Of a DNA stretch of 64,000 nt, positions 1 through 9,687 are shown one piece after another. The stretch is from Turneriella sp. Its GTDB lineage: Bacteria > Spirochaetota > Leptospiria > Turneriellales > Turneriellaceae. The stretch lies in contig CBDIID010000003.1 in assembly GCA_965279515.1 (NCBI GenBank), positions 800,001 to 864,000 on the forward strand. The letters are read 5' to 3'. A program made the translations under genes and the position numbers. The number at the start of each line of letters is the position of its first letter. The stretch's first letter is position 1. Under the pieces are notes generated by a model. The model saw nothing but the letters and a program-made list of their open reading frames with translations. It searched no databases and was not told the origin of the DNA.

Positions 1-1441
1 TCCGCGGATTTACAATTCTGCGCTGACCGCCGATCAGATCAGGCAAATCTCCATACAGGTTCCCAAAGGTCTCATGGCGCGTTATGACTTTGCCGGCGAT
101 GCAAAGGATGTCAGCGGTTTTGGTAACCACGCGACGAATAGCGGAGCAACCGCCGCGGCAAACCGCCTGGGTCAGACTTCGGCCTTCTCTTACAGCACGG
201 GGCAGTTCCACCGCGCTCCGGCGCAGCCCTACCTGTCGCCGACAGACATGACTATCATGGCCTGGATAAAACCCAATTCATTGCCGAATGCGGGCGATAT
301 TTACCCGATCGCGGGAAACATGCAGGCCGATGCGTCGCGCGGCGCAGTTCTCGAACTCTACAACAACGCCGGAGTACAGTCCATCTACTGGCTCAATAAA
401 ATCAACCTTACCACCAATAACGACTACATCGCATCTTATGCCATACCAGGAAATTTCAATCATATCGCCATCACGCGCAGCGGCACAACCCGGGCCGTGT
501 ACCTGAACGGTGCCTCCTTGCCGTCATCTCCCGCGGGAACCAGCGGCGGCGATTCGACAAGCACTGAAGATTTTTTCATCGGTAAACGCATCGACTCGGC
601 CACGGTAAGCCAGGTGAAATTTTTTGACGGCGTCATCGCCGATGTCCGCATCTATAACCGCGCGCTGTTGCCGACAGAAATTGCCGCGATCAGCGGCTAC
701 CATCCTTTACAGGCGAGTACCGGCGTTTCGAGTGTTGCGCTGCACGTTCAGGCAGATACGGTTGCCGCTGCAGACGGCGCGAGCGTCGGCACGTGGACCG
801 ATAGCGGCCCCGCGGGTAATACACTCACGGGTGGAGTTCTGCCGACGGGTTGTACCGGCACTTGCAATCCGCAAATCAATCCGACATTCCGCGCAAGTAA
901 CCTTAACGGCAAACCCGCGATTCGGTTCGACAGCGGCAATGACATCATGACGAAGCTGGCGCCAGCAGGCGTAACGCAGAACAGCAGCGTTTTTTCGGTC
1001 GGAACGCCGATTGTGGTCGGAGGCACGCTCATGCTGGCGGGAAATCCGCTGAACGGCATCTCTGTATATTTTACCGGTGGTAGCCTTGGTATGGACTCCC
1101 GGCTGATTCCGCCAATCTGCCTTAAAACCACATCGACGTTCTCGGCCGGGAATCCCTGGCTCACGGGTTATTCATTTTTAACTTCGCCGGTGACCCGACA
1201 CACTTATACAAACGGCGTCGATGATACATCGGGGGCAGGCCCCTTCTGTGGTTCACCGAGTTTCGGCTTGGTTACCAGCAGCATCACCGTGGGTTCCGAT
1301 GGCGCCAATGCCGGGCACTATGATCTCAACGAGCTCATCTATTATAATGCGCAGGTGTCAGCGGGAGATGCGCTCCTCATCCATTGTTACCTGTCTTCGA
1401 AATACGGATTGCCGCTGAGCAGCAGCGCCATCTGCCCGTAA
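1..1441 (+). CDS. LamG/concanavalin A-like jellyroll repeat surface protein (5' partial; frame is open from the window edge)
   Basis: The frame reads open from nt 2 (PRIYNSALTADQIRQ..., end of a previous LamG domain). LamG motifs: TIMAWIKP, NHIAIT, YLNG, FDGVIADVRIYNRAL. C-terminal YLSSKYGL. Confidence 0.85.
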   Translation, partial: PRIYNSALTADQIRQISIQVPKGLMARYDFAGDAKDVSGFGNHATNSGATAAANRLGQTSAFSYSTGQFHRAPAQPYLSPTDMTIMAWIKPNSLPNAGDIYPIAGNMQADASRGAVLELYNNAGVQSIYWLNKINLTTNNDYIASYAIPGNFNHIAITRSGTTRAVYLNGASLPSSPAGTSGGDSTSTEDFFIGKRIDSATVSQVKFFDGVIADVRIYNRALLPTEIAAISGYHPLQASTGVSSVALHVQADTVAAADGASVGTWTDSGPAGNTLTGGVLPTGCTGTCNPQINPTFRASNLNGKPAIRFDSGNDIMTKLAPAGVTQNSSVFSVGTPIVVGGTLMLAGNPLNGISVYFTGGSLGMDSRLIPPICLKTTSTFSAGNPWLTGYSFLTSPVTRHTYTNGVDDTSGAGPFCGSPSFGLVTSSITVGSDGANAGHYDLNELIYYNAQVSAGDALLIHCYLSSKYGLPLSSSAICP

Positions 1442-1480
1442 TTTTCTTTTCGGCGTGCGCAAGTTCGCAGAGTTACCCCT

Positions 1481-1735
1481 ATGAACTTCCGTGAAACCCA
1501 GCAAAATCTCGAAAACCAGATAGCCCAATCGCTCGACTCGCTTGAAAGCCTGCACCGCATGGCAGCAGGTTCGCTCTTTGAACAGGCGGGCCAGGTTGCA
1601 CCGATCGCATCGCTTGCCGAGAGCGTGCGCCCCGTCTATGAAAACGGTGCCGCGCAGGTCTTTGAGCTGGGGCGCAGTCTCAACCGTTCCGGCGGCGACC
1701 TGACGCGCGCCCTGCTCGACCGCATCGGTATGTAA
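1481..1735 (+). CDS. hypothetical protein (84 aa)
   Basis: ATG-initiated ORF filling the gap, 4 nt upstream of the SDR gene; no recognised motif. Confidence 0.6.
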   Translation: MNFRETQQNLENQIAQSLDSLESLHRMAAGSLFEQAGQVAPIASLAESVRPVYENGAAQVFELGRSLNRSGGDLTRALLDRIGM

Positions 1736-1739
1736 TTCC

Positions 1740-2558
1740 ATGGCCCACCAATTCACCCACGGTACGTATCTCATCACCGGCGCCTCGAAGGGCATCGGCC
1801 GCTCGATTGCGTTCGGCCTCGCCGCGCATGGCACAGAGCTGATTCTTTTGGCGCGCGATAAAAAGGCGCTGCAGAAGACCGAGCTCGAAATCAAAAAAGC
1901 GCATGCGCGCAGCAACGTCTCGATTTTTCCCTGCGATCTTTCGGACCGCAAAACCATCGAACGCACGGTGAAGGACATCCGCAAAAAGCATAAGAATCTC
2001 TCGGGGATTATCCACGTGGCCGGTTATGCGCGGCCCGGCTATTTCGGCGCATTGCCCCCCGAAGAATTCGAAAAAGCGGTGAAGACCGATTACCTGGGTG
2101 CCGTCTTTCTAACGCATGGCCTGCACGACATCGTCGACGCAGGCGGCCTGATCAGCTTCACCTCTTCCGTCGTGGGTTACATGGGCGTGTTCGGATATAC
2201 CTCGTATGCAGGTCCGAAATTCGCCCTGATCGGTTTTGCCGAATCGCTCAGGCAAGAGATGATTTCGCGGAAGATCCAGATCACTGTGCTCTGCCCGCCT
2301 GACACCGAGACCCCGGGTTATGCCGAAGAGAACAAGACGAAACCCTATGAGACCCAGGCGCTTTCAGAAAGCGCAAAACTCATGACTGCCGATGCCGTTG
2401 CGGAAAAATTTATCCGCGGCGTCAAAAAGGGAAAATTTATCATTACCTGCAACGGCGAATCGACGATGCTTTACCGCCTGCACGGCATCTGGCCATCCCT
2501 GGTCTTTTGGATCATGTCGGGCATGATCAAAAAGGCGCAAAAGAAACGAGGAGCTTAA
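1740..2558 (+). CDS. SDR family oxidoreductase, 3-dehydrosphinganine reductase (KDSR/TSC10)-like
   Basis: TGASKGIG cofactor motif, YAGPK catalytic YxxxK, and PPDTETPGYAEENKTKP typical of the KDSR-like SDR subgroup. Confidence 0.85.
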   Translation: MAHQFTHGTYLITGASKGIGRSIAFGLAAHGTELILLARDKKALQKTELEIKKAHARSNVSIFPCDLSDRKTIERTVKDIRKKHKNLSGIIHVAGYARPGYFGALPPEEFEKAVKTDYLGAVFLTHGLHDIVDAGGLISFTSSVVGYMGVFGYTSYAGPKFALIGFAESLRQEMISRKIQITVLCPPDTETPGYAEENKTKPYETQALSESAKLMTADAVAEKFIRGVKKGKFIITCNGESTMLYRLHGIWPSLVFWIMSGMIKKAQKKRGA

Positions 2559-2600
2559 CCCCACCTAATAGGGGAGGGGTGCCGAAGGCGGGGCGGGGTT
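2555..2600. repeat. REP-like GC-rich palindromic element between convergent genes
   Basis: AACCCCACC...GGGGCGGGGTT arms with an internal GCCGAAGGC hairpin; related arms at 16826-16900 and 59425-59450. Confidence 0.45.
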
Positions 2601-3432
2601 AAGTCACCAGCACGTTGTCAATCAGCCTTACGCCTTCGACAAAGGCTGCAACCGCGATGAGCACCTGCGGCCTGACCTTGCTGAAATCGTCGAGTTCTTC
2701 GAGCGAATGCGCGTCGTAAAATGACGCGTATTCGACCTCGAGCGGCTTCAGGTCAGAGGTGAGCTGATTCTTCAAAAACGGTAAATTCTGCGTGTAACGC
2801 GAGAAATCCCGCTTGGCTTTCAGTAGCGCCTGCGAAATTTTCAGCGCCTCTTTGCGGCCCGCGCTGCTCAGCCGCACATTGCGTGACGAAAGCGCCAGCC
2901 CGTCGCTTTCGCGCACCAGCGGGCAGCCGACAACATCGACCGGCAATTCCAGGTCGCGCGCCATTTTCTGGATTAACAGAAACTGCTGATAATCTTTAAG
3001 ACCAAAGTACGCTCGCTGAGGCGCAACCCACATGAAGAGATTATGCACAATGAGCAGCACGCCTTCGAAATGCCCGGGCCTAAAGGCACCGCACAGGCGC
3101 CCCATCAGCGCATCATAACGCAGCGTTAAGAGCGGCACACCGTGCGGGTAAACCTCCTGCCGCGAGGGCAGAAACACGGCGTCGACACCCTCGGCTTCCA
3201 GCAGTTTCGTATCGTGGCTGAGATCCACGGGATATTTTTCAAAGTCCGCAGGGTCGTTGAACTGCGCTGGATTGACGAATATCGAGACAACCACGCGCTT
3301 ATTCTCCGCCTTCGCCCGGCGCACCAGCGAGAGATGTCCCTCGTGCAGGTAGCCCATAGTCGGCACAAAACCGATGTCCTGTTCGGCCCGGCTATAGGCG
3401 AACATCTCTGCTTTCGTTTCAATGCGGTGCAT
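2599..3432 (-). CDS. panC: pantoate--beta-alanine ligase
   Basis: FVPTMGYLHEGH, SIFVNPAQF, RPGHFEGV, FGLKDYQQ, GLALSSRN, RLIDN motifs. Confidence 0.97.
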   Translation of the reverse strand: MHRIETKAEMFAYSRAEQDIGFVPTMGYLHEGHLSLVRRAKAENKRVVVSIFVNPAQFNDPADFEKYPVDLSHDTKLLEAEGVDAVFLPSRQEVYPHGVPLLTLRYDALMGRLCGAFRPGHFEGVLLIVHNLFMWVAPQRAYFGLKDYQQFLLIQKMARDLELPVDVVGCPLVRESDGLALSSRNVRLSSAGRKEALKISQALLKAKRDFSRYTQNLPFLKNQLTSDLKPLEVEYASFYDAHSLEELDDFSKVRPQVLIAVAAFVEGVRLIDNVLVT

Positions 3433-4294
3433 TAACTAAAAACCTATCGATCACCCGGGCCACTTCGGCGGCGCTGTCCATATGCAGGTGGTGGTGGCCC
3501 GGCAATGTTTCAACGACTGCATGCGGGAAAAATTCTTCTTTTTTATCAACCGCAGTCCTGAGCTGGGGCATTCCCTTATCGCCGAGAACGACGAGCGTCG
3601 GCACAGAAATCTGCGAGAGAATGGTTTTCACCTGCGGAGAAGTCATGCGCACCAGCGACGGCGCGCGCAAACGAAAATCGGCGCGCCATGTGTAACCATT
3701 CTTGGTTTTCAGCGACGCCCGTTTGACAAGCGGTATAGCCGCCTCTTCGCTCAGGCTGTTGATCCGCATGCGCACCTTGACGGCATCGGAAAAATTATCG
3801 TAGTGCGGCTTCGGCAGGTTCTGCGCTTTTTTGAAATCTGCAATGCCTTCACCCAGAATCTTTGCCGCATCTTCAGTTTCTGCCGTCATCGGCGCAAAAC
3901 CCTCGATCAGGATCAGCTTCTGGATGCCGCTCACGGAAGAAGCACCGGCATAGAGAGCGCAGGCGCCGGCCCCCATCGAGTGCCCGACGAGTATCTTTTT
4001 GTCACTGTGTACCTCGGCGAGAGCCGCGTCGATAAAAGGTACGAGATCGATATAATGGTAACGCTCGCCGAGGTGCCTGTGCTCGCTTTTACCATGGCCT
4101 AAAAAATCCCAGGCAAAAATTTCAAAATCACCCAGGTGTTCGGCAAGCGGAACGAACGAGGCGGCATTGTCGAGCCAGCCATGAAAACAGACCAGGGTCG
4201 CGCGCGGCTTTTTACAGCTATAATGCAGGTACTGGGTGCGGTAGCCGAGTAACCTGGTGGTCTTCTCGCGGGCTTTACGTTTGAAAGTTGCCAA
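3419..4294 (-). CDS. alpha/beta fold hydrolase
   Basis: HGWLDNAASF, DFLGHGKS, GHSMG nucleophile elbow, C-terminal GHHHLH. Confidence 0.9.
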   Translation of the reverse strand: MATFKRKAREKTTRLLGYRTQYLHYSCKKPRATLVCFHGWLDNAASFVPLAEHLGDFEIFAWDFLGHGKSEHRHLGERYHYIDLVPFIDAALAEVHSDKKILVGHSMGAGACALYAGASSVSGIQKLILIEGFAPMTAETEDAAKILGEGIADFKKAQNLPKPHYDNFSDAVKVRMRINSLSEEAAIPLVKRASLKTKNGYTWRADFRLRAPSLVRMTSPQVKTILSQISVPTLVVLGDKGMPQLRTAVDKKEEFFPHAVVETLPGHHHLHMDSAAEVARVIDRFLVNAPH

Positions 4295-4305
4295 TGTTGC
4301 CGCGC

Positions 4306-5004
4306 TTATGATCCTGCGAACTTTTTCGCGCGTTCGAGCAGCTTGATCGCCTTGGCTGCAGCGGTGTGGATCGAGGCAAAATCCGGGTTCTGGTCCAGGA
4401 ATGCCTTATATTCGTCGAAGCCGCCCAGGTTACTGAACGGATTCACGCCCAGGTGCTTGAGGGAAAGTTCGGCAAACCAGGGAATGGTACAGTAGGCAGC
4501 GCAGTCGGCAGCAGTGATTTGGTTACCCGCGATATAGGGTGAAAATTTTGCTGCACGATTCAGGCTCTCAATGCCCTGCCCGACTTCGTCGAGCACCAGG
4601 CTTTTCAGGGTATCGGATGTATCTTTGCGGCGGCTATGAAAATCGCGCAGCACACGTAACGGCTTATCGATGTGGATATCAATGTAGTTGACGATCTGGC
4701 GTACACGATGACGCCCGAGAGCATCTTTCGGCATCAGCGGCATCGTTTCGGGAAAGGCATCATCGAGGTATTCTATGGTCGGATGCGTTTCTGCGAGAAA
4801 AATACCGTCGATCTCCAAGGTTGGAATCACCCCCAGGGGATTCATTTTCAGGTAATCGGATTCGCGCGACGGCGCGGCGCGCACCTCTTCGAAGGCAAGT
4901 CCCTTCAGCCGCAACGCCATCTTGATGCGGTTATAATAGTTGCTGATGGGGAAACCATGCAGGCGAAGCACTTGTGGTGAGTCGCCTACGGCATATCGAA
5001 CCAT
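4306..5004 (-). CDS. glutathione S-transferase family protein (true start may be GTG 4971)
   Basis: SNYYNRIK, MNPLGVIPTL, ITAADC GST signatures. Confidence 0.9.
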   Translation of the reverse strand: MVRYAVGDSPQVLRLHGFPISNYYNRIKMALRLKGLAFEEVRAAPSRESDYLKMNPLGVIPTLEIDGIFLAETHPTIEYLDDAFPETMPLMPKDALGRHRVRQIVNYIDIHIDKPLRVLRDFHSRRKDTSDTLKSLVLDEVGQGIESLNRAAKFSPYIAGNQITAADCAAYCTIPWFAELSLKHLGVNPFSNLGGFDEYKAFLDQNPDFASIHTAAAKAIKLLERAKKFAGS

Positions 5005-5080
5005 ATCGGGCGAACGATATGCTGACGTAAGGGGTCAATATTTTAATTGTCTGTACGTTTCGTGGGCGTCACTTGCCGCC

Positions 5081-5764
5081 ATGCGTTTTCGATTACTTGC
5101 TACCGTGTTCGCGGCTTCGGTGCCGTTTTTAACAGCGTGCCGATCTTCCGTCGCCGAGGCTGAAATCCGTCACGACGTCAAGTACCTGGCCGTGTTCTCA
5201 TCGCCCGCCCTGGTGACACTCGACGACGATAAGAAGATGAGCGCCGCGTTTCAATCGAAGTACAAAAGCCGCGTCGTGCTGCTGCGTCCCGTAACGGGCC
5301 TCGCCGCGCTGACAATGGCCGGTGCCAAAGCGTCGCTCTTTGCCATTATCAAAATCAACCCGCTGCGCGAGGCACGAGCAATTGCCCGCGAAATAGAACA
5401 GGCCATGGGCAATGCCTCACTGGCCGCTCTTTATCCCCTGGTAGAAACGCCCGGCTCACAGGATAATTTTTCAGGCACGATTTTTTACCTTGGCCTAGAG
5501 AAAAGAGCCAACTCTTTCACGCGCCTTTCGGGATCATCTAAACTTGAAACCTTCAAAACCGAGACAGACGAGTTCGGCAAAGACAGAAACATACTTTCTT
5601 ATTTCTCCGGTGCGCTGCTCAGCGACACGCCCTACCACACCGTACATCTCCTGGGTTTTTCCGGCGTTGCGGAATCGCAGTATGAAACCCTCGACGGTTT
5701 TTACCACCGCACCCTCAGAAAACTTGAGGGCGCCGACACCGTTTTAGTCGAGAAAATCCGTTAA
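5081..5764 (+). CDS. hypothetical lipoprotein
   Basis: ATG 5081 gives signal peptide MRFRLLATVFAASVPFLTA-C with a lipobox-like Cys. Confidence 0.65.
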   Translation: MRFRLLATVFAASVPFLTACRSSVAEAEIRHDVKYLAVFSSPALVTLDDDKKMSAAFQSKYKSRVVLLRPVTGLAALTMAGAKASLFAIIKINPLREARAIAREIEQAMGNASLAALYPLVETPGSQDNFSGTIFYLGLEKRANSFTRLSGSSKLETFKTETDEFGKDRNILSYFSGALLSDTPYHTVHLLGFSGVAESQYETLDGFYHRTLRKLEGADTVLVEKIR

Positions 5765-5817
5765 GGCCTGAAGGCCTTTAGCAATTTACCGTTTATTCCA
5801 TAATTTGAGGTTGTCGT

Positions 5818-6207
5818 ATGGCTAATATTCCCGCAGATCTGAAATACACAAAAGAACATGAGTGGATAAAGATGAATGGCACCACCGCGCGTGTCGGCAT
5901 CACACACTATGCACAAGAAGCCCTGGGCGACGTCGTCTACATAGACTTTCCCAAAGCGGGCGCGCAGATTAAGCAGAACGCTGTTGCGGGCACCATCGAA
6001 TCGGTAAAAGCCGTATCTGAAATTTACCAGCCGCTTTCGGGCACAATTGCTACCGTAAACACCGATCTCAATACATCGCCGGCTACGGTGAATACAGATC
6101 CTTACAGCGCCGGCTGGCTCTTTGAAATCTCGGGGATTGCAGACGCGGAAATTTCTGGCCTGCTCGACGCAGCCGGCTATGAAGCTCACCTGAAGACCCT
6201 CGCATAG
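5818..6207 (+). CDS. gcvH: glycine cleavage system H protein
   Basis: YTKEHEW, VGITHYAQEALGDVVY, ESVKAVSEIY (lipoyl-Lys), VNTDPY..GWL; GAGG RBS. Confidence 0.97.
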   Translation: MANIPADLKYTKEHEWIKMNGTTARVGITHYAQEALGDVVYIDFPKAGAQIKQNAVAGTIESVKAVSEIYQPLSGTIATVNTDLNTSPATVNTDPYSAGWLFEISGIADAEISGLLDAAGYEAHLKTLA

Positions 6208-6324
6208 CAGACGCAGCCATTCACTCAGGCGGCTTTGTGGGCAAAGCCGTAGCGCTTTCTTCTCGACGAAATACTGTAAGTTTCCGACCTTCCATACGAC
6301 TTATCCACAAAGGGGACCAAACAC

Positions 6325-6657
6325 ATGGCAAATTATTTTGAAAGCGAAGACCTGAAAAAATTCGGCAACATCGGACGCGTGAATAAAGAACTCGCCGACA
6401 AGTTTTTCGACTACTACAATTCAACAATGAAGGCCGGTGCACTGACCGAACGCGAAAAAGCCCTCATCGCCCTGGCAGTGGCACATGCAGCAAAATGCCC
6501 TTACTGCATCGACGCATATTCAAACACCTGCCTCGAAAAGGGGGCCGATGAGGCACAGATGGCAGAGGCTGTACACGTCGCCGCGACGATGCTTGCCGGT
6601 ATCACGCTTGTACACAGTGTGCAGATGATGAACCATATCGACAAAGTATCCGTATGA
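6325..6657 (+). CDS. AhpD/carboxymuconolactone decarboxylase-family peroxidase-like protein (type associated with ArsS)
   Basis: GALTEREKALIALAVAH..KCPYCIDAY; overlaps the radical SAM start (ATGA). Confidence 0.88.
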   Translation: MANYFESEDLKKFGNIGRVNKELADKFFDYYNSTMKAGALTEREKALIALAVAHAAKCPYCIDAYSNTCLEKGADEAQMAEAVHVAATMLAGITLVHSVQMMNHIDKVSV

Positions 6658-7640
6658 AAATCGCGGCGGGGGAGCAACTCGCACTTTTAGGGGCCAAAGC
6701 CCCGGACTTTTTTACGCGCACCGGCGCTGACGCCTCTTACCTGAAACCCGGCGAGCTGAAAACATTCCAGATCAATGTCGGCAAATGGTGCAACCAGGCC
6801 TGCCGGCATTGCCACGTCGACGCTTCGCCCACGCGCACAGAAATCATGAGCCGTGCGACAATGGATAAATGCCTCGCCATCATCGGCGCGGTGCAAAGTA
6901 TTGAAACTGTCGACATCACCGGCGGCGCCCCTGAAGGCCATCCGCATTTTCGTGAATTTGTGCGGCAGGTGCGCGCGCTGGGAAAACATGTCATCGATCG
7001 CTGCAACCTGACGATTCTTGAAGAACCGGGGCACGAAGATCTTGCCGAGTTTCTCGCGGCGCAGCAGGTTGAAATCGTGGCCTCGCTGCCACACTTTGCC
7101 CAGCACCGCACCGATCAGCAGCGCGGCGCCGGCGTCTTCGAAAAATCCATAACGGGTCTTAAGAAGCTCAATGCCCTGGGCTTCGGCTCACAGCTGAAAT
7201 TGAATCTTGTCTACAATCCCACAGGACTCTTTCTTTCAGGGGACCAAACCCAGCTCGAACGCGAGTTCCGCCAAAAGCTCGCTGAAGATTTTGGTATCGT
7301 GTTCCATAATCTCTACTGCATCAATAATATGCCGATCAACCGGTTTCTCTTTGCGCTGGAAAAGGCCGGCAAAACCGAAACGTACCTGACGACGCTGGTG
7401 AATGCCTTCAACCCACAGACGCTGCCCGGCCTCATGTGCCGCACGCAGATTTCGGTAAGCCATGACGGCAGCGTCTACGACTGTGATTTTAACCAGATGC
7501 TTGATATGCCCGCACAGGGCGTCGGCCATATCGACGAGTTTAACGCGCAGGCCTTTGCAACGCGGACAATCCGCACCGCAAACCATTGCTACGGCTGCAC
7601 GGCGGGTGCAGGCTCGAGTTGCGGGGGGGCCGTTGCCTGA
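6654..7640 (+). CDS. arsS: radical SAM/Cys-rich domain protein, arsenosugar-biosynthesis ArsS family
   Basis: CNQACRHCH (CX3CX2C), DITGGAPE, DRCNLT, LMCR, YDCDFNQM and C-terminal HCYGCTAGAGSSCGG. Confidence 0.85.
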   Translation: MKIAAGEQLALLGAKAPDFFTRTGADASYLKPGELKTFQINVGKWCNQACRHCHVDASPTRTEIMSRATMDKCLAIIGAVQSIETVDITGGAPEGHPHFREFVRQVRALGKHVIDRCNLTILEEPGHEDLAEFLAAQQVEIVASLPHFAQHRTDQQRGAGVFEKSITGLKKLNALGFGSQLKLNLVYNPTGLFLSGDQTQLEREFRQKLAEDFGIVFHNLYCINNMPINRFLFALEKAGKTETYLTTLVNAFNPQTLPGLMCRTQISVSHDGSVYDCDFNQMLDMPAQGVGHIDEFNAQAFATRTIRTANHCYGCTAGAGSSCGGAVA

Positions 7641-8916
7641 AGTTGTCATCGTCGGTAACGGTATCACCGGCATCACCGCGGCGTTGGCTTTCCGCCGCGA
7701 GAATAAAAATGCAAAAATCACGGTCGTCTCCGAAGAGACCGAACTGTTTTATTCCCGCACCGCGCTCATGTATGTTTACATGCGGCAACTGACCTTCAAA
7801 GACACGGTCGTACACCCCCTACAATTTTACAAGAAAGCAAAGATCGACCTGCAATTTGCCAAAGTCGCGCGGATAGATTACAGCCAAAAGCAGATTCACC
7901 TCGACGGCGGAAACGCCGTGCGTTACGATTATCTGCTGATGGCCCCCGGCTCGCGCCCGCGCATGCCTGGCCTTGCCGGTGAAAATCTGGGAGGCGTACA
8001 GGGCCTCTATTCCAAGCGGGATCTAGAGCGTCTCGAAAGTATCTCGGCCGCCGGTATTTCACATGCAGTCCTTGTCGGCGGCGGTCTCATCGGTGTCGAA
8101 CTTGCAGAAATGCTGCACACTCGCGGAATTCCGGTAAGCTTTTTAGTGCGCGATGCGCTTTATTTCGGCGGCGTCTTGCCGAAAGAAGAAGCGACGATGG
8201 TAACGCAGGAGATCCAGTCCCACGGTATCGATCTGAAACTGGCGACGGAACTGAAAAGCATCACAGGCGATGGCAGCCAGATCACGGGTGTTATTACCGC
8301 GCAGGGTGAAAAAATCCCCTGCTCCTTTCTGGGAATGACCATCGGCGTCGAGCCCCGGCTCGAATTGACGGCGAATACGCCTATAAAGACGGCGCGCGGC
8401 ATTCTCACCGATGCGTATCTGCAAACCGGCGTTCCCGGGGTTTTTGCCGCAGGGGACGCGGCGGAAGTTGTTTTACCCGAAGGCAGCCGCAAGGTACAAC
8501 AGCTCTGGTATACCGGCCGCATGCAGGGTGAAATCGCCGGGTATAATCTCGCGCAGGCCGTGGCAGGCGGAGCACTGAAAACTTATGATCCGGGCATATA
8601 TTTCAATTCGGCAAAATTTTTTACGCTGGAATACCAGACCTACGGTACCGTGCCCGCCACTGCCTCAGCCGCCGACAGTATTTTGTGGCAGAACCCGGGA
8701 GCTAAAAAGTTAATCCGCATCGCCTTCGCGGCGGAAGGCGCACAGCGCGTCGTCAAAGGCTTCAACGTGCTCGGCGTACGCTACCGACACCAGGTGTGCG
8801 AGGCATGGATTCGCGGGCAGGCACCGCTCGAAAAAGTTTTGTCAGAACTCGACAGGGCGAATTTTGACCCCGAATTCTACCAGCATTTTGAAAATAACCT
8901 GAGGGGAATTGCATGA
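7633..8916 (+). CDS. NAD(P)/FAD-dependent oxidoreductase (rubredoxin/ferredoxin reductase-like)
   Basis: TTG 7633 overlaps the arsS stop; GNGITG and GGGLIGVE dinucleotide motifs, VFAAGD. Confidence 0.88.
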   Translation: MPEVVIVGNGITGITAALAFRRENKNAKITVVSEETELFYSRTALMYVYMRQLTFKDTVVHPLQFYKKAKIDLQFAKVARIDYSQKQIHLDGGNAVRYDYLLMAPGSRPRMPGLAGENLGGVQGLYSKRDLERLESISAAGISHAVLVGGGLIGVELAEMLHTRGIPVSFLVRDALYFGGVLPKEEATMVTQEIQSHGIDLKLATELKSITGDGSQITGVITAQGEKIPCSFLGMTIGVEPRLELTANTPIKTARGILTDAYLQTGVPGVFAAGDAAEVVLPEGSRKVQQLWYTGRMQGEIAGYNLAQAVAGGALKTYDPGIYFNSAKFFTLEYQTYGTVPATASAADSILWQNPGAKKLIRIAFAAEGAQRVVKGFNVLGVRYRHQVCEAWIRGQAPLEKVLSELDRANFDPEFYQHFENNLRGIA

Positions 8917-9629
8917 AAAAACCGGTACTCGCAGCGACGCTGTTTTTCGGAGCCGCAGCCATGCTGTCAGCCGCGGAACCCGATTATGCCGCCTGGAACA
9001 GGGTGCTCGCGCGCCACGTCAAACCCGGCAGCAAAGCGGGTATCACCGCAAATCTCGTGAACTATGCCGCGCTCGCCCGGGATGCCGATTTTGCTATGGC
9101 GCAGAAAGACATCAGTGCTTTTAATCCTGCGGAACTCAAATCGCGCGCGGAAAAAATGGCATTCTACATCAACGCCTATAACATAGCTGCGGCGGCCAAG
9201 GTCATTAGCCGCTACCCGACGCCCAGCATCACCGCTCAGGGTGACGGTGTCTGGAAAGAGAATGCGATTACCCTGGGCGGTAAGACATTTTCTCTCGACG
9301 CGATTGAAAATACTGTGCTGCGGCCGATGGGCGATGCGCGCATCCATTTTGCCATCGTTTGCGCCTCGTTAAGTTGCCCCGATTTACGCCGCGAGGCCTA
9401 TACCGCGGCAAAGCTCGCAGGCCAGCTCGAAGCCCAGACCAGGAGCTTCATTGCAAATACTTCCAAGGGTGTCCGCATCGAAGGCAATAAAATCCATCAG
9501 TCTGCCATCTTTATCTGGTTTGCGAAGGACTTCAACGATGTGCCCGCTTTTCAAAAGAAATACCTGAAAGCGCTTCCGGCCGCTGGCGAAAGGATTGAAA
9601 TCCCCTATAATTGGTCGCTGAATAACTAG
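8913..9629 (+). CDS. DUF547 domain-containing exported protein
   Basis: Signal peptide; AFYINAYN, DARIHFAIVCASLSCPDL, YNWSLN motifs. Confidence 0.88.
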   Translation: MKKPVLAATLFFGAAAMLSAAEPDYAAWNRVLARHVKPGSKAGITANLVNYAALARDADFAMAQKDISAFNPAELKSRAEKMAFYINAYNIAAAAKVISRYPTPSITAQGDGVWKENAITLGGKTFSLDAIENTVLRPMGDARIHFAIVCASLSCPDLRREAYTAAKLAGQLEAQTRSFIANTSKGVRIEGNKIHQSAIFIWFAKDFNDVPAFQKKYLKALPAAGERIEIPYNWSLNN

Positions 9630-9643
9630 GCAGGTGAACGCAT

Positions 9644-9670
9644 AAAAAAAGCGGCCGAAGCCGCCTTTTA
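9644..9670. terminator. bidirectional intrinsic terminator
   Basis: A7-GCGGC-CGAA-GCCGC-CTTTT between convergent genes. Confidence 0.7.
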
Positions 9671-9687
9671 CAAACCTGTAGGGGAAA

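Noticed and set aside
7590..7640. Selenocysteine recoding in the ArsS-like gene
   Set aside because: The C-terminal Cys positions are TGC codons, and the TGA falls at the normal family C-terminus, overlapping the next gene.
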